Origin: Phoronis australis
Lineage: Eukaryota; Animalia; Phoronida
Direction: 5' to 3'
NCBI GenBank assembly: GCA_002633005.1
Contig: NMRA01000134.1
Location: 97,128 to 161,127, forward strand
Length of the DNA: 64,000 nucleotides
The notes under the pieces were generated by a model. That model was given only the letters and a program-made list of their open reading frames with translations. It was not told the DNA's origin and made no database searches. Made by a program: the position numbers and the translations under genes. Shown in pieces: positions 38,387-51,600 of the stretch (the stretch's first letter is position 1; each line of letters starts with the position of its first letter).

Positions 38387-39502
38387 GTCGCTGTGAGTTT
38401 ACTTGGCAAACCACTGAAAATACAAAATAGCCTTTACAGGGAAAAAATTTCCAAATCTAATCTGGCGAGGCCGAAAAAGCATAGTTGGTTCTGGTCTGAG
38501 GTTTTTTGACAACTGAGTTGGTGGCGCCGGTGGCGCGGTATCATTTTTTAAACCAGCTCACACAAGACCTGCAAAAATGATGAAGCATTTACTTTTGTTA
38601 CTCACCACTTGGCAAATCATTGTGTTTCAGAGGTTGATTATCTATAGTTACCAGTATGTGCATTTATATATCCTTACAAAAAACACGCAAGACTGAAATT
38701 GATGTCAGTGCAGGTCTCAAAATCAGTCAACTATGTTTTTCTGCCAAATTCCCATTTCTACCACATTTGATTTAATACCACTTACCATTATAAACTTGGT
38801 ATTAACTTGGTATTAACTTGGTATTAACTTGCTTCTCACTGATTTCTGGACTTGGAAGACTCTGACACTTCATTACTGCTTGTGACGGCAGGTACTGTAA
38901 AAATTCTCAACATTGGGCAGTCTCTAAAATTTAGGACATGGAAATTTAAGCAGAATTTGAATTTTCTTGATTCTGAAGATTGGGGCAAGGTTGATTTTGA
39001 TGTTCATCATATTTCGCAAATTCAATAGAGTAATAGACCACTAGTTCAAAAAACTGTCAATACAACCTTTTCATGCATCCTCGTAGTGTGTAACATTGAG
39101 GTGAGTAATCATTCGGGATGACCAATATTGCCTATCTCTAAACTTTTATTCAAGTTCTGACCTTGAGCAAAATAATAATTTTTTCGCCATCACACGAGAA
39201 TTTTTACCGTAATCTTAATCAAGGAGCGTAGTCTCAAGCAGTAATGAACTGCCAGCTGCCTCCAAGGCCAGAAACCACATCTTGCCTGAGTAAGGATCAA
39301 GTTGAGATTTGTACAGGAAAGTGATCAAAACCAACGTCCACACTGTGAGTTAATCCCAAAGTATAACTTGAGCAACTTTCCCCCTGAGTCAGCTGAGCGT
39401 ACTCACTAAACACCCTAGACCTTGTGATATTTATGGTGTTAACAGGATGCCCGTATGTATAACTTTACAAGCATGTACCTGGAAATTACTTACGTCTTAT
39501 AT

Positions 39503-39949
39503 AAGGTGCCTAAACTACCTGGTCAACGGACTCATAAACACGGGCACGGATGCATGAACACGACTCACGGACCTGCAAACACCGACCACTGACTCACAAA
39601 CACGGGAACGCACTCACAAAACATGATTCACGCACCCAAATACAAGGGACACGGACTCATATTCACGAGGAAACACGGTTAACGGACCGCCAAACATGGG
39701 TGATGACTCATTGGCTTCCTGGGTCAGCTGACATCTCCATTTTGCCCGTAAACCATGTTTGGCGGTCCGTTTACCGTGTTTCCTCAGGAATACGAGTCCG
39801 TGTCCCGTGTATTTGGGTGCGTGGATCATGTTTTGCGAGTCCATTACCGTGTTTGTGAGTCAGTGGTCGGTGTTTGCAGGTACGTGAGTCATGTTCATGC
39901 GTCCGTGCCCGTGTTTATGAGTCTGTTGACTGTGTAGTTTAGGTACCTT
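39503..39949. mobile_element. Foldback-type element with ~195-bp inverted arms
   Basis: AAGGTGCCTAAACTAC...CCGCCAAACATGG, about 50-bp spacer, CCATGTTTGGCGG...GTAGTTTAGGTACCTT; arms built from short AACACG/GACTCA motifs. Confidence 0.85.
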
Positions 39950-40240
39950 GTTATAGCCAGATTTGCATTGTAACTAAGACTGTGCCATTGCAAGTAACTC
40001 TAGAGTTTACCCTACCTTGATGTCTCACACTGATTAAAACATGAAAGCTATGTTGTTATAAGTACCATTTGCGCATAGAGAGAGACACCTTAAGTTTTTT
40101 TTACCGTCTTAATTGGTCTATATCTACATCACCTCATATACTGTCACTCTTACTTCGCAGAGAGGTGTAGCGTTAACCTGTGAGGAAGGTGTGAAAGGAC
40201 GCAGCAGCGTCAGTGGTTCTTCTGCAGAGTGAGTGCCGCT

Positions 40241-40480
40241 ATGGCATGGTGTATTGTTCCCGCTTGTGCGAACTATGAAGCTGCGACAAAAACAGGTATA
40301 TCGCTTTTTCGATTGCCTCGAGAGCCCATAATGCTTCGGAAGTGGCTTGCGGTAGTGAAGAATGAAAAGTACCCCTTTAATACTAAGTATGAGGACGTGA
40401 CACTTCTCTGTGTCGGTCTGCATTTTGTCGGATCGGTTGTTGATCAGTTTTTGATTATGGAGAATTGTAGTTGGCCATGA
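40241..40480 (+). pseudogene. THAP zinc-finger remnant of a Kolobok-type transposase (first copy)
   Basis: MAWCIVPACANYEAATKTGISLFRLPREPIMLRKWLAVV...LCVGLHF has the C2CH THAP pattern and conserved P/W; truncated after the domain. Confidence 0.75.
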
Positions 40481-41647
40481 AACATAAAAAATTAAAATTA
40501 ATTCAAGGCGTGAAAACATAACGTCTTATATAGCCTGTTTGATGACTGACTCGTTCGTGTATTCTGGTTAAAACTGATAGCCTGTGAAACCTAATGATTG
40601 ACCTGTGAAGTCTTCGTCGGATGAGCACTCGTCTAAGTCGGGATTGCGATTTGCCATGTTGACGTTCATTATTGTGCGTTCTGTTTCAAAATAAATTATT
40701 CTCACCCTAACCAATGCTTATATAAAGCTGAAACAAANAAAAATGATGAAGTATTTACTTTTGTTACTCACCACTTGGCAAATCACTGTGTTTCAGAGGT
40801 TGATTATCTATACTTACCAGTAGGTGCATTTATATATCCTTACAAAAAACACGCAAGACTGAAATTGATGTCAGTGCAGGTCTCAAAATCAGTCAACTAT
40901 GTTTTTTTGCCAAATTCCCATTTCTACCACATTTGATTTAATACCACTTACCATTAAAAAATTGGTATTAACTTGCTTCTCACTGATTTCTGGACTTGGA
41001 AGACTCTGACACTTCATTACTGCTTGTGACGGAAGGTACTGTAAAAATTCTCGACATTGAGCAGTCTCTAAAATTTAGGACATGGAAATTTAAGCAGAAT
41101 TTGAATTTTATTGATTCTGAAGATTGGGGCAAGGTCGATTTTGATGTTCATCATATTTCGAAAATTCAACAGAGTAATAGACCACTAGTTCAAAAAACTG
41201 TCAATACAACCTTTTCATGCATCCTCGTAGTGTGTAACATTGAGGTGAGTAATCATTTGGGATGACCAATATTGCCTATCTCTAAACTTTTGTACAAGTT
41301 CTGACCTGGAGCAAAATAAATTTTTTGCCATCACACGAGAATTTTTACCGTAATCTAATCAAGGAGCGTAGTCTCAAGCAGTAATGAACTGCCAGCTGCC
41401 TCCAAGACCAGAAACCACTTCTCGTCTGAGTAAGGATCAAGTTGAGATCCGTTTTATACAGGAAAGTGATCAAAACCAACGTCCACACTGTGAGTTAACC
41501 CCAAAGTATAACTTGAGCAACTTTCCCCCTGAGTCAGCTGAGCGTACTCACTAAACACCCTAGACCTTGTGATACTTATGGTGTTAACAGGATGCCCGTA
41601 TGTATAACTTTACAAGCATGTACCTGGAAATTACTTACGTCTTATAT

Positions 41648-42094
41648 AAGGTACCTAAACTACCTGGTCAACGGACTCATAAACACGGGCACGGATGCAT
41701 GAACACGACTCACGGACCTGCAAACACCGACCACTGACTCACAAACACGGGAACGCACTCACAAAACATGATCCACGCACCCAAATACAAGGGACACGGA
41801 CTCATATTCACGAGGAAACACGGTTAACGGACCGCCAAACATGGGTCATGACTCATTGGCTTCCTGGGTCAGCTGACATCTCCATTTTGCCCGTAAACCG
41901 TGTTTGGCGGTCCGTTTACCGTGTTTCCTCAGGAATACGAGTCCGTGTCCCGTGTATTTGGGTGCGTGGATCGTGTTTTGCGAGTCCATTTCCGTGTTTG
42001 TGAGTCAGTCGTCGGTGTTTGCAGGTACGCGAGTCATGTTCATGCGTCCGTGCCCGTGTTTATGAGTCTGTTGACTGTGTAGTTTAGGTACCTT
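41648..42094. mobile_element. Foldback-type element, second copy within the duplication
   Basis: Same 447-bp inverted structure as 39503-39949. Confidence 0.85.
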
Positions 42095-42859
42095 GTTATA
42101 GCCAGATTTGCATTGTAACTAAGAGTGTGCCATTGCAAGTAACTCTAGAGCTTACCCTACCTTGATGTCTCACACTGATTAAAACATGAAAGCTATGTTG
42201 TTATAAGTACCATTTGCACATAGAGAGAGACACCTTAGGAGAAGGTCAGTGTCTTTATTTCCTTCCAAACAAATAATCCCATGAAACTCATTTACGAGCT
42301 GTCCTTCGTTCAATTCTGGCAGCTGCCCAATTTCTGCGAACGCTCCTGGCACGCGCAGTGAAAATAGAAGTGCACAAAAAGTTAAACATGGCAAGTTGTT
42401 GATTTGGGCAACTGAATGAAAGAAGTTTGATTACAAGAGTATTTGTTCAAGTTGGAAGGACTTAAAGACATACCCTCTGACACAGCACCACCTATACTGA
42501 AAAGAGGACCTGTGGAAACATGATGAAAACACACGGAATTTCGTGTGGGCATCAATGAACATGCCTGGTTGGAAGTTTATTGATCCCATCACCACCACTT
42601 GCACTGCTTTCTATGCACTGTACTTGTTTAGGTTTAGCCACAGGATCGGGGTTCCCTTGATTTTGTTTACATTGATCACTGCCCGTTTTAATAAATTGCA
42701 ACTATTCAAGTCAAAGGTGGTCACCATACTACGTAACAGTAAACTGAAAGGGGTTTCCCAGATTTCCACCAATGGTAATAACTAAATGTTATGTCGTTCG
42801 TTTCATTACTTTAACCAATGAGAAGCCCTGATAAACAACATTCTACAAGAGTGTATTAA

Positions 42860-44538
42860 AGGAGAATGCTACCCGATTTAATTATAAGTCTTTTTTACCG
42901 TCTTAATTGGTCTATATCTACATCACCTCATATACTGTCACTCTTACTTCGCAGAGAGGTGTAGCGTTAACCTGTGAGGAAGGTGTGAAAGGACGTAGCA
43001 GCGTCAGTGGTTCTCCTGCAGAGTGAGTGCCGCTGTGGCATGGTGTATTGTTACCACTTGTGCGAACTATGAAGCTGCGACAAAAACAGGTATATCGCTT
43101 TTTCGATTGCCTCGAGAGCCCATAATGCTTCGGAAGTGGCTTCCGGTAGTGAAGAATGAAAAGTACCCCTTTAATACTAAGTATGAGGACATGACACTTC
43201 TCCATGTCAGTCAGTGGCCTGCATTTTGTCGGATTGGTTGTTGATCAGTTTTTGATTATGGAGAATTGTAGTTGGCCATGAAACATAAAAAATTAAAATT
43301 AATTCAAGGCGTGAAAACATAACATCTTATATAGCCTGTTTGATGACTGACTCGTTCGTGTATTCTGGTTCAAACTGATAGCCTGTGAAACCTAATGATT
43401 GACCTGTGAAGTCTTCGTCGGATGAGCACTCATCTAAGTCGGGATTGCGATTTGCCATGTTGACGTTCATTATTGTGTGTTCTGTTTCAAAATAAATTAT
43501 TCTCACCCTAACCAATGCTTATATAAAGCTGAAACAAAGACTGTCTCATTAGATACAATTTGTAATGCCTTGGAGTGTTCGTGAGTGCAAATGTTTTCAG
43601 AAGCCAGCAATGAATAAATCACTGCACTACTGGGTTTACATGCAATAAACTAATTGACCGGGCACCGAGGCCGTGTAAGCGTTCAGTGTTTTCTGACAGA
43701 AAGCTGTTGTGAAACAACAACTCGATTCTATATCCTATGGTAAGATGTTTGGGGAATCTTTATTTAGCTACTCATATACATTATTCGAATCATTGTTACT
43801 GTACAACTTTTGCCCTGACAAATCTGACGTGGAAGGTTAACCTGGCTTCGCAGAACCTGCATGACGAGCTAGAAAGTAGATTTGCAGTTTTGTGGCTAAT
43901 TCACCAAATTAATCATGTGCATATTATTTTCTGGCTCACGAGCAGTCTTTTCGTGACAGGAAGTTTAGTTTCTAACTTTGGCTGGTTTATGTTAGTGATG
44001 TCTTCAATTTGGCCGCAATGGGCCTGATCGAGTCTGAGCCACTGGCCGAGATACCAAGCATTTTGTCTGTGTTTTGAAATGAAAAAACTTGTCTAAAATT
44101 ACAACACAGAGCTATGTTCTGTCTATATTTGACGGACGAATAATTTGAATTTATCCCCGAACAGACTCCAAACTCCCGCGACCGATCTTGGTTAATTTGC
44201 CTATCGAGATATGGTACCTTCAAATACCTAAAAATCTGTAACAGCGAAATAAAATAACACCGTTGCTCAATAACTCGATGTATTTGTAAGGATTTTACAT
44301 CGAATTTTGATGGTTTATTGGTGCAAAACGATGAATTCAAGCGATAAGCTTACACCTGCAAGCGTGTTGTGAACTGCTGAACAGACTGCATTTGAACCTC
44401 TGACGTAATTGGTCAATTTCAACACCTCCGTCTGCCATCACGTGTCAGGCAAGGTAAAAGAGCTGTACTTGCTGTTATCGAGTGGAACTATTCGATCTAA
44501 ATTGATACAAACTAGGTTGTTTTTGGAGGCATTTTCCT
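42860..44538 (+). mobile_element. Internally deleted Kolobok-like DNA transposon
   Basis: Termini AGGAGAATGC / GCATTTTCCT; TTAA flanks at 42856-42859 and 44539-44542; THAP fragment on + (43023-43244) converging on a minus-strand ORF start MANRNPDLDECSSDEDFTGQSLGFTGYQFEPEY. Confidence 0.72.
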
Positions 44539-44542
44539 TTAA

Positions 44543-45067
44543 AGCCTATCTTGAATGGTAACACCTGTAAATTTGGTTCCTACAGTATGTTAAGAGCATC
44601 GCTCTGAGTCCATTAGTTCATAAATCACCATATGTAATGAGCTGTTAGGCGTATAGGCTTGCTTATGGCTACGTCACTGCGAGAATCACCTTTTAATTTG
44701 AACAACGGCGCATAACACCCACACACGATAGTGTTCTATTCAGACCCCCTATTCAACACAAAATTTGTTGTTTGTGCTGGGTCCTCGCATTGACGCAACA
44801 TTGTGAAACGTGACTTCCGGTTGTCACGACACGTACAGTCAAATAACGCCTCTCTCTAAGCCGCTTGCCAAGTGGCAATTGCCTCTTGGCCGAATGGTTT
44901 AGATGCTTGACTGTCGCTCGTGCAACCCGGGTTCAAGTCCCGGTCTTTCTACACGAAAAGGCAGCTTCATTTGACAGGCTTACATTTGCATGATTGAACT
45001 CGCGCTTTTTTATTTTACTAAGGCTTTGCTGGGACTACCTGGTTAACCCAATACATCAAGTTAGGCT
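44543..45067. mobile_element. Kolobok-like MITE containing a tRNA-like segment
   Basis: TIR AGCCTATCTTGA / TCAAGTTAGGCT; TTAA on both sides (44539-44542, 45068-45071); internal TGGCCGAATGG...GGTTCAAGTCC at 44881-44945. Confidence 0.75.
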
Positions 45068-45606
45068 TTAAAAACATGGAGGGCCTCATAAAGCATGGGT
45101 GGCGCACCACAACACAAGGGGGCTGTGGGGGCTTTAGCCCCGGCCCCCACTTTTTTCAGTGCTGCGCTGCCCAAGTAAAGTATCCCTTTCTATGCGCTAA
45201 TGACTTGGAACCCCTGACTTTCATGTTTTAATCAGTGTGAAGCATAATTCTCAGAGGAGCTGCCGGTGTAAGAAGCGCCTACACACTAGTATAGAAGCTC
45301 CACGGTCCCCACGTCTATTTTACTAGACGTGCCGTTGGCCCCGATTCAAAATTAAATGGTTGATCTCGGGCTCGGGGCTAGAATTGTCCACAGAAGTATG
45401 GGTTGATTTCACTCTTATACCATACCTGAGTTCTAACAATCACAAGCATTACGCATAATTAACTCGGATGATTCACGGTAACATTCTTGTCGATGTTGTG
45501 AAAAAATCACACTCTCCTTTCCGTCGGACTCCTTGACACTGCAGTATGCGCGACACCTGTCAGAAAAATGAGAAATGATTTCCCATCATTCACTTGCTTC
45601 GAAAAA

Positions 45607-48600
45607 ATGGCGGATGAATTCAGTGATGCTCTTGAAAGTAAGTTTTGTGAATTTCAGCGATTCAGCAATCTGTTAAGTCGCAGGAACTATTTACATTTCA
45701 TGGAGTTGAAGCTCTATCTTCAATCTGGACGTACGACATAATTTGTACATCAATAACTTGGTTATTGAAGGAAAATTAAATGCCACTTTCCAGAAAGTTT
45801 CCCACACTGCGTCCGGACCGTGTCCGTGTTCGGCACTATTAGTAAATTAGTTGGTCCTGCAACCCTCCCTGTTTGAGTAGCCTTGGTGATCCTCCTGTAT
45901 AATTGTATATTTTGCCGACTGATAGTTATCGATCTGGCGATGTTGCGATGCCTGCCTCCAATTGATTTGGCGAACTTCCATTTGGCGCAGGCTGGTGAGC
46001 TAAACTGTTTGTTGCCAGCGCCAAACTAAACCACTGTAAGGTTCCAGATTACTTCAAATGGTTTATGTGTTTTTAACAACTGAGGACAATGAGTGCTCAC
46101 ATATGCAGGTCATGAAGAATAATCACATTGGAGAAGTGCGCACTGAGAAAGCATTGCTCCGCCCCTCACTCATTGTTGTCAATTTTGGTGCTGATAACCG
46201 TTCAGGGCTCGACATATAACAAGCTGCAGGTCGCATTTGCAACCTGAAATTTGGAAATGTGAGCTGAGATTTTGGACAGCTCACATTAAGTCTCAAAATG
46301 CGACCTGGAATTTCCAATGTATGCGAGCTGAGTTTTTAAACTTTGCGGCAGATACCTGGGAAATGTAAAGCAACTTCGGTGATTCCGACCGTTATATGGT
46401 TGCTGCTAAATCAAGTTCAAAAGAACACTCATTGAGGACAGCACTCCCGATGACTCGTTAACACATCGTGTGAACAAGGGAATGCAGAATTGGTCTTTGA
46501 CGCATTTTACTGGCCAATGCTTTCAGCTTTTTGCAAATTTCCGGATGTGCCGAAGAAAGTTTTGGATCTCGGAGTAACATGTGATAAAACGTTAGAAAGC
46601 AACGGTGTTTCTATTAATTCTTAAACAACGAACTTACCAAGCTTAGTGGTGGAAAAAACATTTATTTTTCATGTAATGTGTCATTAATATCAAATTATGG
46701 CAACACCCACGGCAATATGCCTGATTGCTCTGCGACACTGGTCGGTTCCACTGTTATCGTCGTGACTTGGAAAAGTACGTCTCGTTTTTTTATTGCGAAA
46801 GACAGCAAACGTGAAAATGACATCCGAATTAATCGCCAAACGACGGGCATGCCTTTACGCGCTTTCGGCAGAATAATAGAAACCCGCGCCGTCGGAAATT
46901 ATTTCGAGACTTTTTATTTCATGGAAAACTGATTGTTGACTATGTAAACTGCATAAGTCCCACATTTTTTGTTGTGAAATTTGCAGTGAATTGTTTCCGT
47001 GTATGAATACATCATTAAGCGAGTAGGGGAATGTTTCACGGATTTCTTCTGACAGGATGTTTTTTTCAAAAGTCAAGTTGCAAAGTTTGGCCTGCGAACA
47101 AATGGAAGGAATTTGCACTGAGAGTTATAAATCTTTGGATCTTTAACAACTTTGATGACAGTCATATAGCAAGTCAGTCCTAGAAAAGTCACGGATACTT
47201 TTTCAACGAGTATTTTCTCCTTTTTCACGTTGCACACTTAAGCTAATGGAATGTATGTGTCGGTTAGAGATTACTGACTTAATTTCATATCGGCAACTGC
47301 CTTGCGCTCCAGGGTCTTTCACTGGATGTCGGTAGTGGAGAACGGTAACGCGGTGCATGCATGATATGCCTGTAAGAACTCAATTTTGCGACATGAAATT
47401 TTTGAGTATTTAACGTCGCAAGAGCATAATCTAAGCATTTTCTGATGACCTAAAAGCCAGTTTTGGCCCGTTAAAATGGCGGGAAATTTTCGTGCCTTGG
47501 AATTTATGAATGCGAGCTGGATTTTGAAAATGCGACCTAGGATTTTGGCTTGGTCAGCAAAATGCGATTTTCATAGTGTCAAGCCCTGCCGTTAAAAAAA
47601 CGTTAACCATTGGCAGTAATTTGGGAACTTATGGTATCTTCAGTTTGGCGCAGGCATCAGTGTAGGCTACAACAGCTATAACTTTTGAGTGGAAATATAC
47701 TGAAATTAAGAAGCTCCAACAAGTTCTGATTTGCCTCGCTTACGCCATGGTTACAGTACCGTCGACATTTAAAAATTGTTGAACCCAGGAATTTCAGCAT
47801 GAGAGCCAGGCATCTTAGAAACTGATCAGCCAGGTGTCAATTGCCTATTGGCAAGTGATTTAAAGAGGTTTATTCAATATGTCTTACCTGGAAATAATGT
47901 GATACAACACTCGTTCCTTGTCCATGGAACTTGCGCACCTCCTAGCCACTGATTTCAGCAACACTAACATCCTGGAATTTGTCCTGAGCAATACTACACT
48001 GTGTCTTGGGATTGACCCTTGAGCTGTGGTGTTCTCTGTGTGTTCTGGATCTACCAGCACTAGGCTGCCCCCNCATGGTGGCCTTGCACTAATCTCGGCG
48101 TTTCCTTGGTTTCCGCTTTGTTGGGTGCCAATGTTGAAAAATTACCTGTTAGATGGCTGGTTTGAACACTTTGATTCACACACCAGAGATACCTTGTTCA
48201 AGTCTTGCCACTTTCAATAAGGTCATACCCACGAAAAAACCCTACCTGTGTTATAACTTGTAAGATGTAGAGTCATTTAAAGACTGTTTAAACTGATTGC
48301 CAGGGGCGGATCCAGGATTTTGAGTTGGGGGGGGGGCATGGTAGAGTATTTGCGAGGATTTTACCCATTGGACATTCGCACCCCCGTACTGCTGAATGAA
48401 ATGTAGGACAATTTTAGGGGGGCCATGGCCCCCTTGGCCCCCCTCCCTTAAATTCACCACTGATTGCCAAGCGACAAATGCGTCTTGGCTGAATAGTTTG
48501 GACGCTTGGCTCTCGTGTGGATAATCCCAGTACAAGACTGGGTGCTAGTAGTTAACAGATTTTTCTACAATAGTATGATATGTGTAAGGCTTCGAAGTAG

Positions 48601-51600
48601 TGGATGGAGATGGCTGGGCCTGGTGGTGGTGGATCTAGAACAGAGCGTTGCTGAGGGCAAATTCCAGTTCTGAATAGAAGTGTCTGTATGGTCTTGTTTC
48701 TGGTCTAGTCAAGGCTTACTCAGGTCTCTAGGTTTTTAATATTTGATGTTTTTTCTGAATAATTATTCACTAAAATTCAAGTTTGGCAGACGAGTGGAGT
48801 CAACCATTTTGAATTTATTTTGCTGAACACAGCTCTGCCTTTAAATTTTTTTATTTGTTAAAATGTACAATTGTATGTTTCAAAACTTTTGTAGCTTGAT
48901 TCCCAAATAAATATTCATAGGTAACAGCAAATCATTAGTTGGCATCCTCTACAGTGCATTAAAATGTCCATGTTGTTGAAATTGACACATACCCGGTCTT
49001 AAGTTAACCAGAGTCTCTCATTCTATGCTACAACAAATGTATTCTTCAAATGAACCAGTCTTTTCTCGCTGGCAGTTTTAAGAGCCCAGCTCTGGCCTTG
49101 TTCACATCGGAAGTCATGGTAACGGGCAGTGGGCACTCTGTGACATTCTGTGGTTGACCATATAGAGCATGCATTCAGTGCCAAGGAAGCAGTCGTGCGG
49201 CATGTGTGGCTGGCCTAGTTTTCCATGTATGGCTTGTATTTAGTGCCAAGGGAGCAAACTCCAATCACTCAATAATGGAATTCCACACAAAGTCAACATA
49301 TTTCGAGGCAGAGTTTCATCCAGGATTTCAAAATTGGGACGTCCAAAATGGGTTTTCCAATTTCTCAGGGCGTCCATTGCCAGTCTGACATGGCTGTATT
49401 TTTATAACTGCTAATGTGAAGACACGTTTCTGCAATACAGTTTATTAGTTATCTTACATCTAAACTTTCTTTGTTATTCTTGTCAGGTCAATGAGCTCCC
49501 AGAGCTGTTGTCAGTGTGTTAAAGGATATATCTCCCTTACTTTTAGTTGGGCGTCCAAATGCTGAACGATGAGCCATAACTGGGGTGTCCAAATTTAAGT
49601 AAGGGTGTCCATTTGGACGCCTGATACACCCTCTACATGAAGGCATCAGTGTTTTTTTATTTCATGTTAAGTAACTGATGATTTGCAATAGTGCGACTTT
49701 GAAGACAATTTGGCCACATTAACGTGCATAAATTCAGGCATTTGATTTTCTATCAAGGGACTTCATTTTGCAAAGTAACGTTTAGAAGTCACCACTTGAA
49801 AGTGCTGTGGTTGGCCACATGAGCTGCTCTGGTTGGTCAAATTTTGAACTACATCAGTCTACGTCACTGCCTTATCGATGGCAGAAAAATTTGTGGTCTA
49901 AGTAAAAATGAGGCTGGTATTTTGTGCAGAATCTATCTTGTGTATTTCACATGAACATTCTTCATTGAGGGTATGTATGAAATCAAGAAGAGTTGCAAAA
50001 GAAACTAAAGTAGGGCTTGTGTCCATTTTTGTTCTTGACGAGGTGATTTGGTGGACACCATTTGAAATGTGTGCGCATAAATTCACACATGGTGTGGGTG
50101 GGAGTAGTGTTGCTCTTATGTCAGACTAGGGGCAATATATGTTACTTAATGACGAGGCTATTACTTTTCCTTTCTTGATTTCGAGTGGGATTTGGAAGAA
50201 TTATCACCCAGTAGTCCTTCCTGTAAATCTTACCAGGGCTCTAGATACAGGAAGTAACTGCCAAGGGCGTGTAGTGCCATAATCTTTTTATCTCACACAT
50301 ACTGGTAGAGCAATAAAGTCTACAAAATTCAAAAGAAAAACAAAAATGAAACATTTGTCTTTGGTTGTGCTGTACGTCAGTCACCATGCAGCTGTTAGTT
50401 TCATCTAACTGTTATTCTTTCCAGTCTGTAAGAAATATTGCTCTGTTTTAGATTCTTCAGCTGAAGCCTTGGTCAGTCTGAAAGAAGGTAATTACTGTTT
50501 AAATCCATCTGTTAACTGCAAAGGTAACTTTGGCTGTAACTTTAATTCAAGGTTGAAGTTGGCTGTTCATACCAACCGACTCCCCCAAATCATTGGAAAG
50601 TCCTTGGGTGACTTCTTGTATCAGTCACAGCTCTTCAGTAGACTGGAAAATAAATTGCTCGGTCATGCCCATAGTCACAGAATCCCAAAACTTTGATGAT
50701 TCACAGTGTACTAATATGTTTAAAGCTCCATTTCACCCTGCTTAGGTGGTTAAATACTATAAATCAGATTTGGGTCTTTTACTTTCCTAAAATTCGCCTC
50801 ATAATATTCTTTACAGTGGTTTGATTCCATTTTCCTTACTCAAGTCATAGGCAATGTGTGCATTTGCCATTTTCAATTTTGAAATTTTATTGTTGGCCAA
50901 CCCAAAGTCTGAAGCGTTTTCTTGAGTCCCTGGTGGTTTCAATGATCTTGTTGATTTTTGCTTTTTAGGCAGCTAAACTGGGCAAAATGCAGCTTTACTA
51001 GAACTCATACTTGTAACAGTTAGAATGGATTACTCATTTTCAAAATCATACTGGTGTGATGAACATTTGATAAAAAGGAAATTGTTGTTGTTTGCAGGCA
51101 AAGGAAATTCCTTTACCCCTCCCCAGTCAGGTAGATCTCTGGTGAGTAGAATGCGGCATAAAGGGCGCTGCTGGTGTTTTTGTATAAAATCAACTGAAGT
51201 ACTAAGAAGTGGATGTGAACAAAAAAGTCGACCAGCTGCGTAATAGTGTTTATGTATCTTGTGTTTGTTGTAAATAGATCAATTGCTAATCATTTTTTAA
51301 TTGTTTTACAAAGTTATAATGAAGTCAACCCGGGCAAACACTGGAGAGTTTATAATGAGTTATTTGCATGTAATATCCTTTAATGGATGTAGAAGCCAAT
51401 TTTACAAGGGTGATGGTGATGGCAGTGGCGCTGCTTCCAATCGTAATGTTCTCTCCAAAACGAAACGTTATTTTATGTTATTTCAACTTATTACCTATCT
51501 TCAGGACTGTGTACGCAATGTTATTGACTGAATATGTGCCAAAGATAATTTTGTTTCATTTGAATTATTCTCAGCCACCCCGTGTACGAAAACGTAACCG

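Larger units (their letters stand above)
38573..43538. repeat. Tandem duplication across a single-N join: 38573-40737 versus 40739-43538 (probably two alleles)
   Basis: Near-identical blocks either side of N40738; the second has about 650 bp extra (about 42238-42886). Confidence 0.9.

Noticed and set aside
39550-42082. ORFs on both strands (MHEHDSRT..., MFGGPFTV...)
   Set aside because: Produced by the inverted arms of the foldback element; no recognisable protein features
40229-43244. Two host THAP-domain genes
   Set aside because: Both are truncated or frameshifted, lie within a TIR/TTAA-bounded element, and are probably alleles
44881-44950. Functional tRNA gene (Asp-like GTC)
   Set aside because: Acceptor and anticodon stems do not pair and it lies inside a MITE; treated as tRNA-derived
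47770-48800. Degenerate inverted similarity either side of 48100-48550
   Set aside because: Too diverged to define termini or a TSD; probably an old MITE
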